Assembly: GCA_031414595.1 (NCBI GenBank)
Contig: JANNVX010000101.1
Span: 1-27,694, forward strand
Direction: 5' to 3'
Origin: Deinococcales bacterium
GTDB lineage: Bacteria > Deinococcota > Deinococci > Deinococcales > JAAFIG01
Length of the DNA stretch: 27,694 nt
Below, in pieces: positions 17,274-27,193 of this stretch. Made by a program: the position numbers and the translations under genes. Each line of letters starts with the position of its first letter. Position 1 is the stretch's first letter. Under the pieces are notes generated by a model. That model did no database searches. It was not told where the DNA came from and worked only from the letters and a program-made list of their open reading frames with translations.

Positions 17274-17838
17274 ATTCGACCATCCATGGCACACCTCGTG
17301 GTGCTTCCATACTCGAGATGATTGGTTGTGGGTCTATCGAACGAATTCGCTGTTTGAGTTTGTCTTTCAAATCAGCAATATCTATGGATTGTGGGAATTC
17401 TTTACTTGTTTTTAGGGGTTGCTCAAAATGCAGGACAACACGTATTTTGTTCTTTTGAATCGCATCGAGAGCAAAAATTTGTTCATTACCTAAAGCATTG
17501 GCACGCATTGCCAACAAACCCGCAAGACTATCTATAACTTTACCAACCATAATATCAATTAGTTCAGTTAAACTAATTCGAGCCATTGGAAAATTAAAAT
17601 CTTTAACTTCAATTAGCCATAGCTCAGACTGTTGTGGGTCAAATGCAACAAAATCAATTGCTTTTGTACCTCGTGAACTGGCATCGGTATCTAAAGTGGA
17701 TTTTCTCTTTTGTATGGGGTCTAAAGGCTTTCCTGTCTTTTTGAAGTGTTTGTCGTAAAAAACTGTCTCATCATATTTTTGCACCTGAAATTGGTCAGGA
17801 AAACAAAAAGCTCGTCTCTTTTCGATGTATTCTGACAT
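17272..17838 (-). CDS. Hypothetical protein with PD-(D/E)XK nuclease-like motif
   Basis: KAIDFVAFD...LWLIEVKDF; ATG 1 nt after the ATPase stop. Confidence 0.65.
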   Translation of the reverse strand: MSEYIEKRRAFCFPDQFQVQKYDETVFYDKHFKKTGKPLDPIQKRKSTLDTDASSRGTKAIDFVAFDPQQSELWLIEVKDFNFPMARISLTELIDIMVGKVIDSLAGLLAMRANALGNEQIFALDAIQKNKIRVVLHFEQPLKTSKEFPQSIDIADLKDKLKQRIRSIDPQPIISSMEAPRGVPWMVE

Positions 17839-17839
17839 C

Positions 17840-18868
17840 TCACACCAACTCAAGATAACGGTCAGATTGCTCGAGACTTGCGTCTAAAGCAGCAATTGGT
17901 TCAACTTCGTCCATGCTATCGCCTTGTTGAACACTGACACTTTTCCCTTCAAGTTGTAATGCAAAATAACGGGCTTGGACTTCAGGATGTTGGAGTAACT
18001 GAATTTTAATTTCTCGCAGCAAAAATAAACTGTGGGTTGCAATAAAAATCTGAATGCCCATACTTGAGAGAGTTACCAGTGTTTGGGCAAGTTGCACCAT
18101 CATTTTTGGATTGAGATTAGATTCTGGTTCATCCCAAAAAAGCGTTGAACCTTTTTGGATACTGCCATTCATGATTAAGTACGTCAGCATTGCAATTTTG
18201 CGAATACCTTCAGCCACAAGTGGCATCTCGAGGCGTTTTTTATCTTGCTCTAAGTAAAAACGCCCATTTTTGACAATGACTTTACCCTTCATTTGTTTCT
18301 CGAGTTCTGCAACAATGGGTTGAATCAGTTCAGCCCGTTCACCTTTTAAGAGCGTGAGTGCCAAAGCATCTGCAAGGTCAAGAAATGTCTTGTCAAATGC
18401 CAATTCGCGGTTGCGTAGGGCTGCTGCAAAACCCTCGAAAATAGATACTATTTCTCGAGTTGGAAAAAATATTGGTTTTGGATACTCTGCACTGTCAAAA
18501 ATACCATGCGTTATAATTTCGTTTTGACTCTTTTTGTTGAAAGAAATATCTAGCTTTGTGGCTTTGGGATATATGCCCATTTTAATATTACAAATTTCAA
18601 CATCAACTCGATTTGTAACAAGATGACCCAAATTATCCGAACCAAAAACTTCTACTAATTCTTGAGCCAATCTCCTTTTTAGACCAACTAGAAAGGATGC
18701 CATATTTTTCTGATCTTTATTCGATGAGTTTAAGAAAACATAACCTAATTTAAGCAATTGACTTTTGCCTGTGCCATTCTCGCCAATAATGATATTCAAA
18801 CCAGCACTAAACTCGAGGTTGGCTTCTTCAAACACCGTGAAATTCTTAATCTCGAGGCTTTGCAACAT
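17840..18868 (-). CDS. ABC-type ATPase (AAA_15/AAA_21, AbiEii/RecF-like)
   Basis: LEIKNF, Walker A GENGTGKS, signature-like AEGIRK, Walker B/D-loop LFWDEPESNLNP, H-loop IATHS; no TM segments. Confidence 0.88.
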   Translation of the reverse strand: MLQSLEIKNFTVFEEANLEFSAGLNIIIGENGTGKSQLLKLGYVFLNSSNKDQKNMASFLVGLKRRLAQELVEVFGSDNLGHLVTNRVDVEICNIKMGIYPKATKLDISFNKKSQNEIITHGIFDSAEYPKPIFFPTREIVSIFEGFAAALRNRELAFDKTFLDLADALALTLLKGERAELIQPIVAELEKQMKGKVIVKNGRFYLEQDKKRLEMPLVAEGIRKIAMLTYLIMNGSIQKGSTLFWDEPESNLNPKMMVQLAQTLVTLSSMGIQIFIATHSLFLLREIKIQLLQHPEVQARYFALQLEGKSVSVQQGDSMDEVEPIAALDASLEQSDRYLELV

Positions 18869-18877
18869 ACCTTTAGT

Positions 18878-20536
18878 TTACCCTTTCAACACATACCGCG
18901 TATCGCGTGGGCTATCGCCCGTTTTCTCGAGTAAACCCGCTTGGTGCATAGTACGGAGCAAATGACTGGCTTGCGATAAGTTAAGCCCCAGGGCTTGGCG
19001 CACATCGCGGTTGGCAACACTGCCAAGGGCTTTAGCAATCTCGAGAACGGTACTGCGTTTCTCGAACCGACTGGCATCGGCTTTGCGTAGCATCGGTGTA
19101 GGCGCAGTCGGCATGACTCGAGAAGTTGGACGCGGCGGGATTCGCGCAAAGTGCTTACCAAGGGCTTGTAGGGCTTCTGAAGATAACTGCCATTGGTCTG
19201 TTTCACGGTGCAGTAAACCCGCTTCCTCGAGCGGACGCAGCGTGCGGCTAGTCTGCTCGAATGGGAGTTGTAAAGCGTTGCTCAGTTGTTGTTTATCGGC
19301 GCTGCCTTCGCGTTTGAGGATGGACAGGACAATCAGGGCATCCAAGCTAAATGTACCCATTTCTTCTTGTTTACGAGCCACAAACCTTGTGAACGGCTCA
19401 TCAAAATCTGGGTTGTGAATGCACAATTGCACACTGTCGGGATAAGCCGTGTACTCTGGTGGTTCTTTGCCGTGGCGTAGTAAAAGACGGTACATTCTGT
19501 CCACCCCAATTCCAGCCCGTTCAATATAGCCAAGCCGTGCCAAGGCTTCGGCAAGCGTTGGGTTACGGCGTTTAGGTTGATGGCGCAGAATATTCTGGAC
19601 ACTAATCCCACCAGAAAATCCGCCTGGATTAGCAATCTCGAGTTTGTTGGGGTAATGATGCAACTGCACGGTATCACGAGAGGTGTAATCACGGTGAACC
19701 AAGGCATTCAAGATTGCTTCACGGTAGACGACTTCATCAAAATCCCAGACTTCGATTTGAAAAAGCCCAACGTGCAAGGTTTTGTACTTATTGCGGGCTT
19801 GCACCAATTCACGCAAGCGCTCGAGCATGGCGGGAATCGGGCGGTGAATCGTTTCACGGAATTCAAATTCGATATCGCCAGCCCCATGATGATAATAATC
19901 AAGCTCGGCTTGGGGCAGATAGCGCTTCAAGGCTTTATTTGTGCCGCACAGTAAAATACCAGCTAAATTTGGTTGTTCGCCCTCGAGTAAACCTAAAGCC
20001 CGCAATAAATCCATATCAGGCAATTCAGCAATGGCTGCGCCGCGTCGTGACTCGAGAACACCCCGCAACCGATGCACCTCGAGCGGGTCAATATCGGCAA
20101 GGCTCGAGGTAGGCGGCACACTGGCACTAAAGTCTGGCAAAGGTGCAGGGTCTAAAGAAAGTGCGGCTAATGGCTCGAGATTCAGACCATTCCAATGCAG
20201 CACCTCGCCACTTGGGGTCGCCAGCACCACTGGGCTACGCGGCACAGAAACCACCAGAATCGGTTTGCCCTCGAGGGTCGTGTTGGCACAATGTACCGTC
20301 AGTTTGCCACCCGTTAATTCCCAAAGTGCATGGGTGACTTGAAGCGGATGCAGGTCTTCTGCCCCAGAAATTTTGCCGTCGCGCACCCCCACCACCAGTG
20401 TGCCACCGCTCGAGTTGGCTAAGCCCACGGCATGACGTGCAAGGTCATTTGGCGTAACTTCGGGCGCAAGTAGAACAGAATCCTTGGCGTTACCCACACG
20501 CACAAGGCTCGAGAGGTCTGGAGCAGCAGTCGTCAT
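18878..20536 (-). CDS. AlbA_2 (Schlafen-like) + HATPase_c_4 + winged-HTH protein
   Basis: GLANSSGGTLVVGV, REAILNALVHRDY, IANPGG, RRNPTLAEAL...IERAGIGVDRM, C-terminal HTH. Confidence 0.85.
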   Translation of the reverse strand: MTTAAPDLSSLVRVGNAKDSVLLAPEVTPNDLARHAVGLANSSGGTLVVGVRDGKISGAEDLHPLQVTHALWELTGGKLTVHCANTTLEGKPILVVSVPRSPVVLATPSGEVLHWNGLNLEPLAALSLDPAPLPDFSASVPPTSSLADIDPLEVHRLRGVLESRRGAAIAELPDMDLLRALGLLEGEQPNLAGILLCGTNKALKRYLPQAELDYYHHGAGDIEFEFRETIHRPIPAMLERLRELVQARNKYKTLHVGLFQIEVWDFDEVVYREAILNALVHRDYTSRDTVQLHHYPNKLEIANPGGFSGGISVQNILRHQPKRRNPTLAEALARLGYIERAGIGVDRMYRLLLRHGKEPPEYTAYPDSVQLCIHNPDFDEPFTRFVARKQEEMGTFSLDALIVLSILKREGSADKQQLSNALQLPFEQTSRTLRPLEEAGLLHRETDQWQLSSEALQALGKHFARIPPRPTSRVMPTAPTPMLRKADASRFEKRSTVLEIAKALGSVANRDVRQALGLNLSQASHLLRTMHQAGLLEKTGDSPRDTRYVLKG

Positions 20537-20590
20537 AAAGATAAGACTACCATTTTGAAACAGACGGCTCGAGCGTTATTTGCATACATT

Positions 20591-20623
20591 AAAAATGGCA
20601 ACCCACTTGGTTGCCACTTTTTT
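20591..20623. terminator. Terminator downstream of rpmE
   Basis: TGGCAACC-cactt-GGTTGCCA (20596-20616) flanked by A- and T-tracts. Confidence 0.8.
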
Positions 20624-20633
20624 ATTGTCTGTC

Positions 20634-20855
20634 TTAATCGGCTTTTTTGGTGCGGTAGCTTGTACCAAAGCGCTTGGTAAATTTCTCGACCCGACCTTCA
20701 GTGTCTAAAAAGCGTTGTTGACCTGTCCAGTGTGGGTGTACGCCACTCCAAACATCGACATGAATTTCTGGTTTGACACTGTAGGTTTCCATGACCACTT
20801 CACCGTTGTAAATAATTTTACAAGGGACCATCTTTGGGTGTAAATCTTTTTTCAT
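20634..20855 (-). CDS. rpmE: 50S ribosomal protein L31
   Basis: MKKDLHPK...DVWSGVHPHWTGQQRFLDTEGRVEKF; lacks the four zinc-binding Cys, as in Deinococcus L31. Confidence 0.97.
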   Translation of the reverse strand: MKKDLHPKMVPCKIIYNGEVVMETYSVKPEIHVDVWSGVHPHWTGQQRFLDTEGRVEKFTKRFGTSYRTKKAD

Positions 20856-21045
20856 TTCCAGACTCCAATCGCAGTTCAAAACTGCGTTAGCCCCACGATT
20901 TCCAACCGTGAGGGAGTTCAAGCACTTCCATTTTGGAACGTACCGCCTCGCATTTCGCTCGAGAAGACGGCTGTCTTAAGCAGCGCGAAGGAGTTTAGCA
21001 CCTAGGGGCGTGACTTTCAAGGCTCAAAAGTCTTAGACTGTACCT

Positions 21046-22716
21046 ATGGGCGTGTTACTCGAGCCAGTTGTAACAGTTGAAGCAGCCCTCGAGATGTGGG
21101 GGCGTTTGCGCTCTGAGCGTCCGCAAGATGTGATTCCAACGCTTGAAGTGGCATTAGCGAGGGCAAGACAAACAAGTAATGGATTGTTGATTGGGCGGGT
21201 GCTGGTGGCACTTGGGCAGGGTGCGGCGGTTCGGGCAGACGGGGCTAGGGCGCTACTCTATGCCGATGAAGCCATGGAACTGCTCAGTCCACTGTTGCCC
21301 AAGGCTGCGGAGGTGATGGTCGCAGCCTACCGAATTGTTGGGCGAGTGCAGTACGATTATGGCAATGATGATTTGGCTTTGGAGGTGTTTACCAAGGCTT
21401 TGGCGATTTGTGATTCGGTTGCCGAACGGGTGGTACTGCAAGGCAATATCGCTTCGATTCAAACCGAGCTTGGACAACTCGAGTCTGCCATTGCAGTCTA
21501 TGACCAATTGATTCCAGTGGCCGAATCGTTAAACGACCTATCCGAAGTGCATCATCTTCGTTCTAATTTAGCGCTGGCTTTGGATCGTTTGGCTGGTCAG
21601 CAGCGCCAACAGCAGCAACCCGAATTGGCGCAACAAACAAGGGCGCGTGCCATGCAGGAAGCAACTATGGCGCTGCAAGGGGCAATTCAAGAAAACAGCA
21701 AGGATATTCAGTCCCATGTGCTGCGTACCATTGCTTGTATGTTTTTAGAAGATGGTTTGTTGGACAGGGCTTGGGATTACTTTGAACAATCCTTACAACT
21801 CGCCAAAGAATTAAAATCTGTTTGGAACGAAATCCATGCGCTGCACAGTCTGGCGCGAATTGCACAGGATTTACATGATTATCCTCGGGCGCTTGCCTTG
21901 GCAAAAGAATCGCTCGAGAAAGCCGAAGCGGTCGGTTTTCAAGAACATGCGTCGCAAGCCCATGCTCGGCTGGCAAGTATTTTTGAAGTTATGGGCAATT
22001 TTCAAGCAGCCTTGGGGCATGAGCGTCAGCACTTTGAACTTGATAATCTGGTCAAAAGCCAAGCCTCGAGCAAACGCGCCGAAGCCTTAGCCGCGCAAAT
22101 GCAGCTTGAGCGGGCAAGGTTAGAAGCCAAAGTAGAACGCGAACGGTCTGAGACTTTAACCCGCTTAAATCAGCAACTCGAGCAGCAAGCCATGACCGAT
22201 GGTTTAACAGGGGTCGCCAATCGGCGGGCATTGGGGCTGCATTTAGAACGCACCCATGCTTTAGCAAAACGCTCAGGACAGGCTTTTAGTGTGGTTTTGT
22301 TTGACCTGGATCATTTTAAGGCGATCAATGACCAATTTTCTCATGCGCTCGGTGATGCGGTGCTTAAACGCATTGGGGCGATTTTACTCGAGCAGTGCCG
22401 CAAGGGTGATTTTGTGGCTCGCTATGGTGGAGAAGAATTTGCGTTGGTGCTGGTCGGCGCAAATAAGCAGGTCACTTTTGAAATCTGTGAGCGTTTTCGC
22501 TTAAAAATTGAACAAGAACCTTGGCAGCATCTCGAGCCAAATTTGCGTGTCACAGCCAGTTTCGGCTTCTGCGATGATTTTGGTTTTGAAAAGTATGAAC
22601 AGATGCTCAGTCTTGCCGATGTGCATTTATACGAAGCCAAGAATATGGGACGCAATCGGGTTTTTCCTCGAGCCGTAAAGGAATCGGGTTTTCCTCGAGC
22701 CGTATTTGAAGTCTAA
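21046..22716 (+). CDS. TPR-repeat diguanylate cyclase (GGDEF)
   Basis: Helical TPR-like N-terminus; TDGLTGVANRR, DLDHFKAIND, ARYGGEEF. Confidence 0.93.
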   Translation: MGVLLEPVVTVEAALEMWGRLRSERPQDVIPTLEVALARARQTSNGLLIGRVLVALGQGAAVRADGARALLYADEAMELLSPLLPKAAEVMVAAYRIVGRVQYDYGNDDLALEVFTKALAICDSVAERVVLQGNIASIQTELGQLESAIAVYDQLIPVAESLNDLSEVHHLRSNLALALDRLAGQQRQQQQPELAQQTRARAMQEATMALQGAIQENSKDIQSHVLRTIACMFLEDGLLDRAWDYFEQSLQLAKELKSVWNEIHALHSLARIAQDLHDYPRALALAKESLEKAEAVGFQEHASQAHARLASIFEVMGNFQAALGHERQHFELDNLVKSQASSKRAEALAAQMQLERARLEAKVERERSETLTRLNQQLEQQAMTDGLTGVANRRALGLHLERTHALAKRSGQAFSVVLFDLDHFKAINDQFSHALGDAVLKRIGAILLEQCRKGDFVARYGGEEFALVLVGANKQVTFEICERFRLKIEQEPWQHLEPNLRVTASFGFCDDFGFEKYEQMLSLADVHLYEAKNMGRNRVFPRAVKESGFPRAVFEV

Positions 22717-22746
22717 TCTGATAAACTACCTAAAGAGGAACAAACC

Positions 22747-24099
22747 ATGAATCCAAAAATTACCCTGATTGGGGCTGGCAGCACTGTTTTTGCAAAGAAC
22801 TTAATGGGTGACATTTTAAGTTATCCCGAACTCGAGAATTCCGAAATTGTGTTGTTTGACATTAACCCTGAACGCTTACACACCTCCGAGATTGTGGCGC
22901 ATAAAGTGGCAGAAGCCTTAAACGTCAAACCAAAAATCAGTGTTTCCACCGACCCAGAACAGGCACTCGAGGGGGCAAATTACGCCATCAGCATGATTCA
23001 AGTCGGCGGCTATAAACCCAGCACCGTCATAGATTTTGAAATTCCAAAAAAATACGGTTTGCAACAAACCATCGCCGATACCCTTGGGATTGGTGGCATC
23101 ATGCGTGGGATTCGTACCATTCCCGTACTGCTCGAGTACAGCCGTATGATGGAGCAGGTCTGCCCCGATGTGCTGCACCTGAACTATGTCAATCCAATGG
23201 CGATGAACTGTATTGCCTTAGCTAAAGCCAGCCCGATTAAATTGGTCGGTTTGTGCCATAGCGTACCGCACACCGCCAAAGAAATTGCCACTGACCTTGG
23301 TGTGCCACCCGAAGAAGTCAAGTATCTGGTAGCGGGCATTAACCACATGGCGTTTTACCTTAAACTCGAGCAGCACCATAAAAACGGTTTAATAGAGGAT
23401 TTATACCCAAAGGTGCGTGAATTTGTACAAAAAGGAAAATTTACCCACCGTATCTCTGCCGATATGCCTTGGGGTTTAACTGACCATGTGCGTTACGAAG
23501 TTTTTAGGCATTTTGGCTATAGCGTAACTGAATCCTCAGAGCATTTTGCCGAGTATGTGCCGTGGTTTATCAAGAAAAATCGCCCAGAGTTGCTCGAGCA
23601 ATTTAACATCCCCATCGAGGAGTACCTTCGGCGTTGTGAATTAAACACTGCTAAGTGGCAGGATTTACAAAGGCGGCTCGAGAACAAAGATGAAAAACTC
23701 GAGGTCAAACGCAGTGTCGAATATGGCAGTTTAATTATTCATAGCCACGTCACTGGGCAACCAAGGGTGATTTATGGCAATGTGCCGAACAATGGTTTAA
23801 TTGATAATCTGCCCCAAGGGTGTTGTGTCGAAGTGCCATGTTTGGTGGATAAGAACGGGATTCAACCGACCAAAATAGGGGCTTTGCCGCCGCATTTAGC
23901 AGCCATGATGCGAACCAATGTGAATGTTCAAGAACTGACCGCCGAGGCGGTTCTGACTGGCAACCGTGAGCATATTTACCACGCCGCGATGCTCGACCCA
24001 CACACCGCCGCCGAACTGGACTTACAACAAATTCATGACATGGTGGATGATTTACTTGAGGCGCACGGCAACAGCATCCCTGAGAATTTACGACGCTAA
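22747..24099 (+). CDS. melA: Alpha-galactosidase, glycoside hydrolase family 4
   Basis: LIGAGSTVF, QTIADTLGIGGIMR, NYVNPM, GLCHSV, AGINHM, TESSEHFAEY. Confidence 0.93.
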   Translation: MNPKITLIGAGSTVFAKNLMGDILSYPELENSEIVLFDINPERLHTSEIVAHKVAEALNVKPKISVSTDPEQALEGANYAISMIQVGGYKPSTVIDFEIPKKYGLQQTIADTLGIGGIMRGIRTIPVLLEYSRMMEQVCPDVLHLNYVNPMAMNCIALAKASPIKLVGLCHSVPHTAKEIATDLGVPPEEVKYLVAGINHMAFYLKLEQHHKNGLIEDLYPKVREFVQKGKFTHRISADMPWGLTDHVRYEVFRHFGYSVTESSEHFAEYVPWFIKKNRPELLEQFNIPIEEYLRRCELNTAKWQDLQRRLENKDEKLEVKRSVEYGSLIIHSHVTGQPRVIYGNVPNNGLIDNLPQGCCVEVPCLVDKNGIQPTKIGALPPHLAAMMRTNVNVQELTAEAVLTGNREHIYHAAMLDPHTAAELDLQQIHDMVDDLLEAHGNSIPENLRR

Positions 24100-24108
24100 G
24101 GACTTGCG

Positions 24109-24873
24109 CTATATCTCGAGTAAGTCTTTGAACATTCGGGCGTTCTCCAGTCCTTGTCCTCTGGTGGTGTTTTCAAAAAAAACATAGGTCTGAGCATTTC
24201 GCACTTGCTTTAGCACCACTGCCCACGGCTCGAGTTCAGGCACTGTGTACAAGTAATCGTGTCGTTCGGCTGCGTCTTTTCCTTCAAACCAATTGGCGCT
24301 GTTTCGTCCATGCAGCCGCAAATAGACCTTTTTGTCATGGCGCAAGACTGGGGCGGGTAATCCGGCTAAACTCGGTAAATCCAAACTGACAGGCTGCAAT
24401 CCTAAATCGGCTAGGAACTGATAGACCGCCCGTTTATCCCAACTGACATGACGAAATTCGACTGCCACAGGAAACCCACTAAACCAAGTGGCAAGTTGCT
24501 CGAGGTAGACTCGAGACTCAAAGGTATTCTTAAAGGAAAACGGAAATTGTGCCAGCAGCGCCCCGAGTTTACCTTCTTCGAGCATCGGCTGCATGGTGTA
24601 TTTGAATTCAGAGGCACTTTTGGCGGTGGCAGTAAAGTCATGGGTGAAACTCTTATGCAGTTTGGCACAAAACATCATCTGTCCTTTGGTACGGCTAATC
24701 ATGTTTGCCATTTGTTTTTGGGCGGGTACGGCATAGAAGGTGCTGTTGATTTCTACAGTGTTAAAATGTTGGGCGTAAAACTCGAGCCATTGGGTCTTTT
24801 TCAGACTCTCAGGATAAAAAATTCCAACCCAATCATCGTTAGAAAAACCGCCAGTGCCAATAAAAACCTGCAT
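24109..24873 (-). CDS. DUF72 family protein
   Basis: IGTGGFS, FNTVEINSTFY, LLAQFP, AVEFRH.SW, YLRLHGRN, DYLY. Confidence 0.92.
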   Translation of the reverse strand: MQVFIGTGGFSNDDWVGIFYPESLKKTQWLEFYAQHFNTVEINSTFYAVPAQKQMANMISRTKGQMMFCAKLHKSFTHDFTATAKSASEFKYTMQPMLEEGKLGALLAQFPFSFKNTFESRVYLEQLATWFSGFPVAVEFRHVSWDKRAVYQFLADLGLQPVSLDLPSLAGLPAPVLRHDKKVYLRLHGRNSANWFEGKDAAERHDYLYTVPELEPWAVVLKQVRNAQTYVFFENTTRGQGLENARMFKDLLEI

Positions 24874-24911
24874 CTGCCCATTATCGCATATGTCTCGTTT
24901 ATACTGCCTCT

Positions 24912-26933
24912 GTGAACACAGACCTGTACCAATGGCTCGAGGAAGTCGAAGGCACTGATGCCCTTGCTTGGGTAGAAACCCAGAATGCAGTCAGCCAGCA
25001 ACAACTCGAGGCAAATCCCATGTATGCGCCTTTGCGCTCTCGGATTGAAACGATGCTCGACTCGAGTGAGAAAATCCCGTTTGTGATGGCTCAAGATGGT
25101 TATTTGTACAATTTTTGGCGCGATGTCAACCAAGTCAGGGGCATTTGGCGGCGCACAAGTTTAGAGTCGTATAAAACCCAAACCCCGAATTGGGAAGTTT
25201 TACTTGACCTTGACGCCTTATCCCTTGAAGAAAACAAAAATTGGGTTTGGCACGATGCAGTTTTTGAAGATTTTAGTCATGCTCGGGCTTTAATTTTCTT
25301 GTCCAATGGTGGCACAGATGCCCACACGATGCGCGAATTTGATTTGGGTAGCAAATCCTTTGTAGCAGATGGTTTTTACTTACCACAAGCCAAGTCTCGA
25401 GCCGTCTGGATTGACGCAGATACCCTTTATGTCAGCACTGATTTTGGTGAAAGTAGCCTGAATACTTCTGGGTATGCTCGTTTTATCAAAGAATGGAAAC
25501 GAGGTATGCCACTCGAATCGGCAAGCACCGTTTTTGCAGGGGCAGTTGAGGAGGTTTTTGCTTTTGTACAACGCCAAAAAGAAGCACCGCACCGAATTTT
25601 TATTTTCCAAGGACTGGATTTCTACACCAATAATTACATGCTCTGTTCAGACGGAGGCATGAGCCAACTCGAGAAACCTGTCAGTGCTGTTGCAGAAACA
25701 TTTCATGATTGGTTACTGCTCGAATTACGCGAGGATTGGATAACAGGCAGTGTGACTTACAAACAAGGGTCTTTATTGGTCTCGAGTCTCGAGGCAGCCT
25801 TTGCTGGAAAAGCCAACTGGACGGTGCTGTTTGAACCCACTGAACGCAGTGCTTTAGGCGATTACACCCTGACTAAAAATTTTATTGTCTTAAATGTTCT
25901 CGAGGATGTGCAGAATCGAATCTTTTCAGTGCAGTTTAAGCATGGGACTTGGCATACCGAAGTGGTCAATGCGCCAACCAACAGCACCATTTATGTGACA
26001 GCCTTTGATAACCTTAATAGCGATGATATTTGGCTGAATGTGACTGGTTTTTTAACACCCAGTACGCTGATGCTTGGGGCGGTAGGCTCGAGTCAGTTTG
26101 GAATTATTAAAACTTCACCAAGTTACTTTGAAACCAGTCATTTAGAAGTTCAACAACACTGGGCTATTTCTAAAGACGGTACACAAATTCCGTATTTTTT
26201 AATCTCGAGTAAAAACATTGTTTTAGACGGTACAAACCCCACTTTACTGACTGGTTATGGTGGCTTTGAAGTCTCTAAAGTCCCAGACTACTCGGCTTCA
26301 TTAGGCATGGCATGGCTCGAGCAAGGCGGGGTATACGTGCTGGCAAACATCCGAGGCGGAGGTGAATTCGGTCCGCGTTGGCACAGAGCCGCCCTGCGGG
26401 AAAATCGGCAACAGGCATTTGATGATTTTATTGCAGTGGCAGAGGATTTAATTGCTAAAAAAATCACCTCGAGTCAGCAGCTTGGAATTCGTGGTGGTAG
26501 CAACGGTGGCTTACTGATGGGAGCGATGTTCACCCAACGCCCAGATTTATTTGGAGCAGTGGTTTGCGCTGTGCCATTACTCGATATGCAGCGTTACCAC
26601 ACCTTACTGGCAGGCGCTTCTTGGATGGCAGAATATGGCGACCCAGACAACCCCGACGACTGGGCGTTCATAGAAAAGTACAGCCCATACCACAATGTTT
26701 TTGCCAACCAGACCTACCCACCGATTTTGTTCACCACCAGCACTCGAGATGACCGTGTTCACCCCGGTCATGCTCGAAAAATGTATGCCAAAATGCTTGA
26801 ACAGGGGCATCAGGTACTGTACTTTGAAAACACCGAAGGTGGACACGCTGGCGCAGCCAACAATCCACAATCTGCCAAAAAATTAGCCCTCGAGTATTCG
26901 TTTTTATGGCATCAACTGACAAAAAAGCACTAA
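24912..26933 (+). CDS. Prolyl oligopeptidase (S9A)
   Basis: DLYQWLEE, SKDGTQIPY, GYGGF, ANIRGGGEFG, catalytic GGSNGG, DDRVHP, GGH. Confidence 0.96.
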   Translation: MNTDLYQWLEEVEGTDALAWVETQNAVSQQQLEANPMYAPLRSRIETMLDSSEKIPFVMAQDGYLYNFWRDVNQVRGIWRRTSLESYKTQTPNWEVLLDLDALSLEENKNWVWHDAVFEDFSHARALIFLSNGGTDAHTMREFDLGSKSFVADGFYLPQAKSRAVWIDADTLYVSTDFGESSLNTSGYARFIKEWKRGMPLESASTVFAGAVEEVFAFVQRQKEAPHRIFIFQGLDFYTNNYMLCSDGGMSQLEKPVSAVAETFHDWLLLELREDWITGSVTYKQGSLLVSSLEAAFAGKANWTVLFEPTERSALGDYTLTKNFIVLNVLEDVQNRIFSVQFKHGTWHTEVVNAPTNSTIYVTAFDNLNSDDIWLNVTGFLTPSTLMLGAVGSSQFGIIKTSPSYFETSHLEVQQHWAISKDGTQIPYFLISSKNIVLDGTNPTLLTGYGGFEVSKVPDYSASLGMAWLEQGGVYVLANIRGGGEFGPRWHRAALRENRQQAFDDFIAVAEDLIAKKITSSQQLGIRGGSNGGLLMGAMFTQRPDLFGAVVCAVPLLDMQRYHTLLAGASWMAEYGDPDNPDDWAFIEKYSPYHNVFANQTYPPILFTTSTRDDRVHPGHARKMYAKMLEQGHQVLYFENTEGGHAGAANNPQSAKKLALEYSFLWHQLTKKH

Positions 26934-26979
26934 TCTGAATCAGTCTCGAGTACAGGAAAAACAAATAGTTTTTGTGTAA

Positions 26980-26992
26980 CATACTGAGTATG
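26980..26992. promoter_or_regulatory. Palindrome over the vapB start, candidate TA operator
   Basis: CATACT-G-AGTATG. Confidence 0.45.
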
Positions 26993-27193
26993 GCGACAAC
27001 CGTTCAAGTAGATAAAACATTATTAGACCAAGCCAAAGCCTTAACTGGCTTGCCATCTAAAGGTGAAACTGTAAATCAGGCTTTACGTGAATTTATTCGA
27101 GTGCGTCAAAAACAACTACTACTTGAATTACAAGGGCAAATAGATTTCCACGATGATTTTAACCCGAAATCGTTGCATCATAAAAAAGTATGA
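26990..27193 (+). CDS. vapB: VapB family antitoxin
   Basis: MATTVQVDKTLLDQAKALTG...ETVNQALREFI; ATGA overlap with a PIN-domain gene. Confidence 0.88.
   Translation: MATTVQVDKTLLDQAKALTGLPSKGETVNQALREFIRVRQKQLLLELQGQIDFHDDFNPKSLHHKKV

Noticed and set aside
6951-26982. Numerous short antisense or alternate-frame ORFs overlapping the recognised genes (e.g. 14299-14679, 16179-16523, 19011-20342, 24448-24915)
   Set aside because: Shadow ORFs with no recognisable motifs, overlapping well-supported genes.
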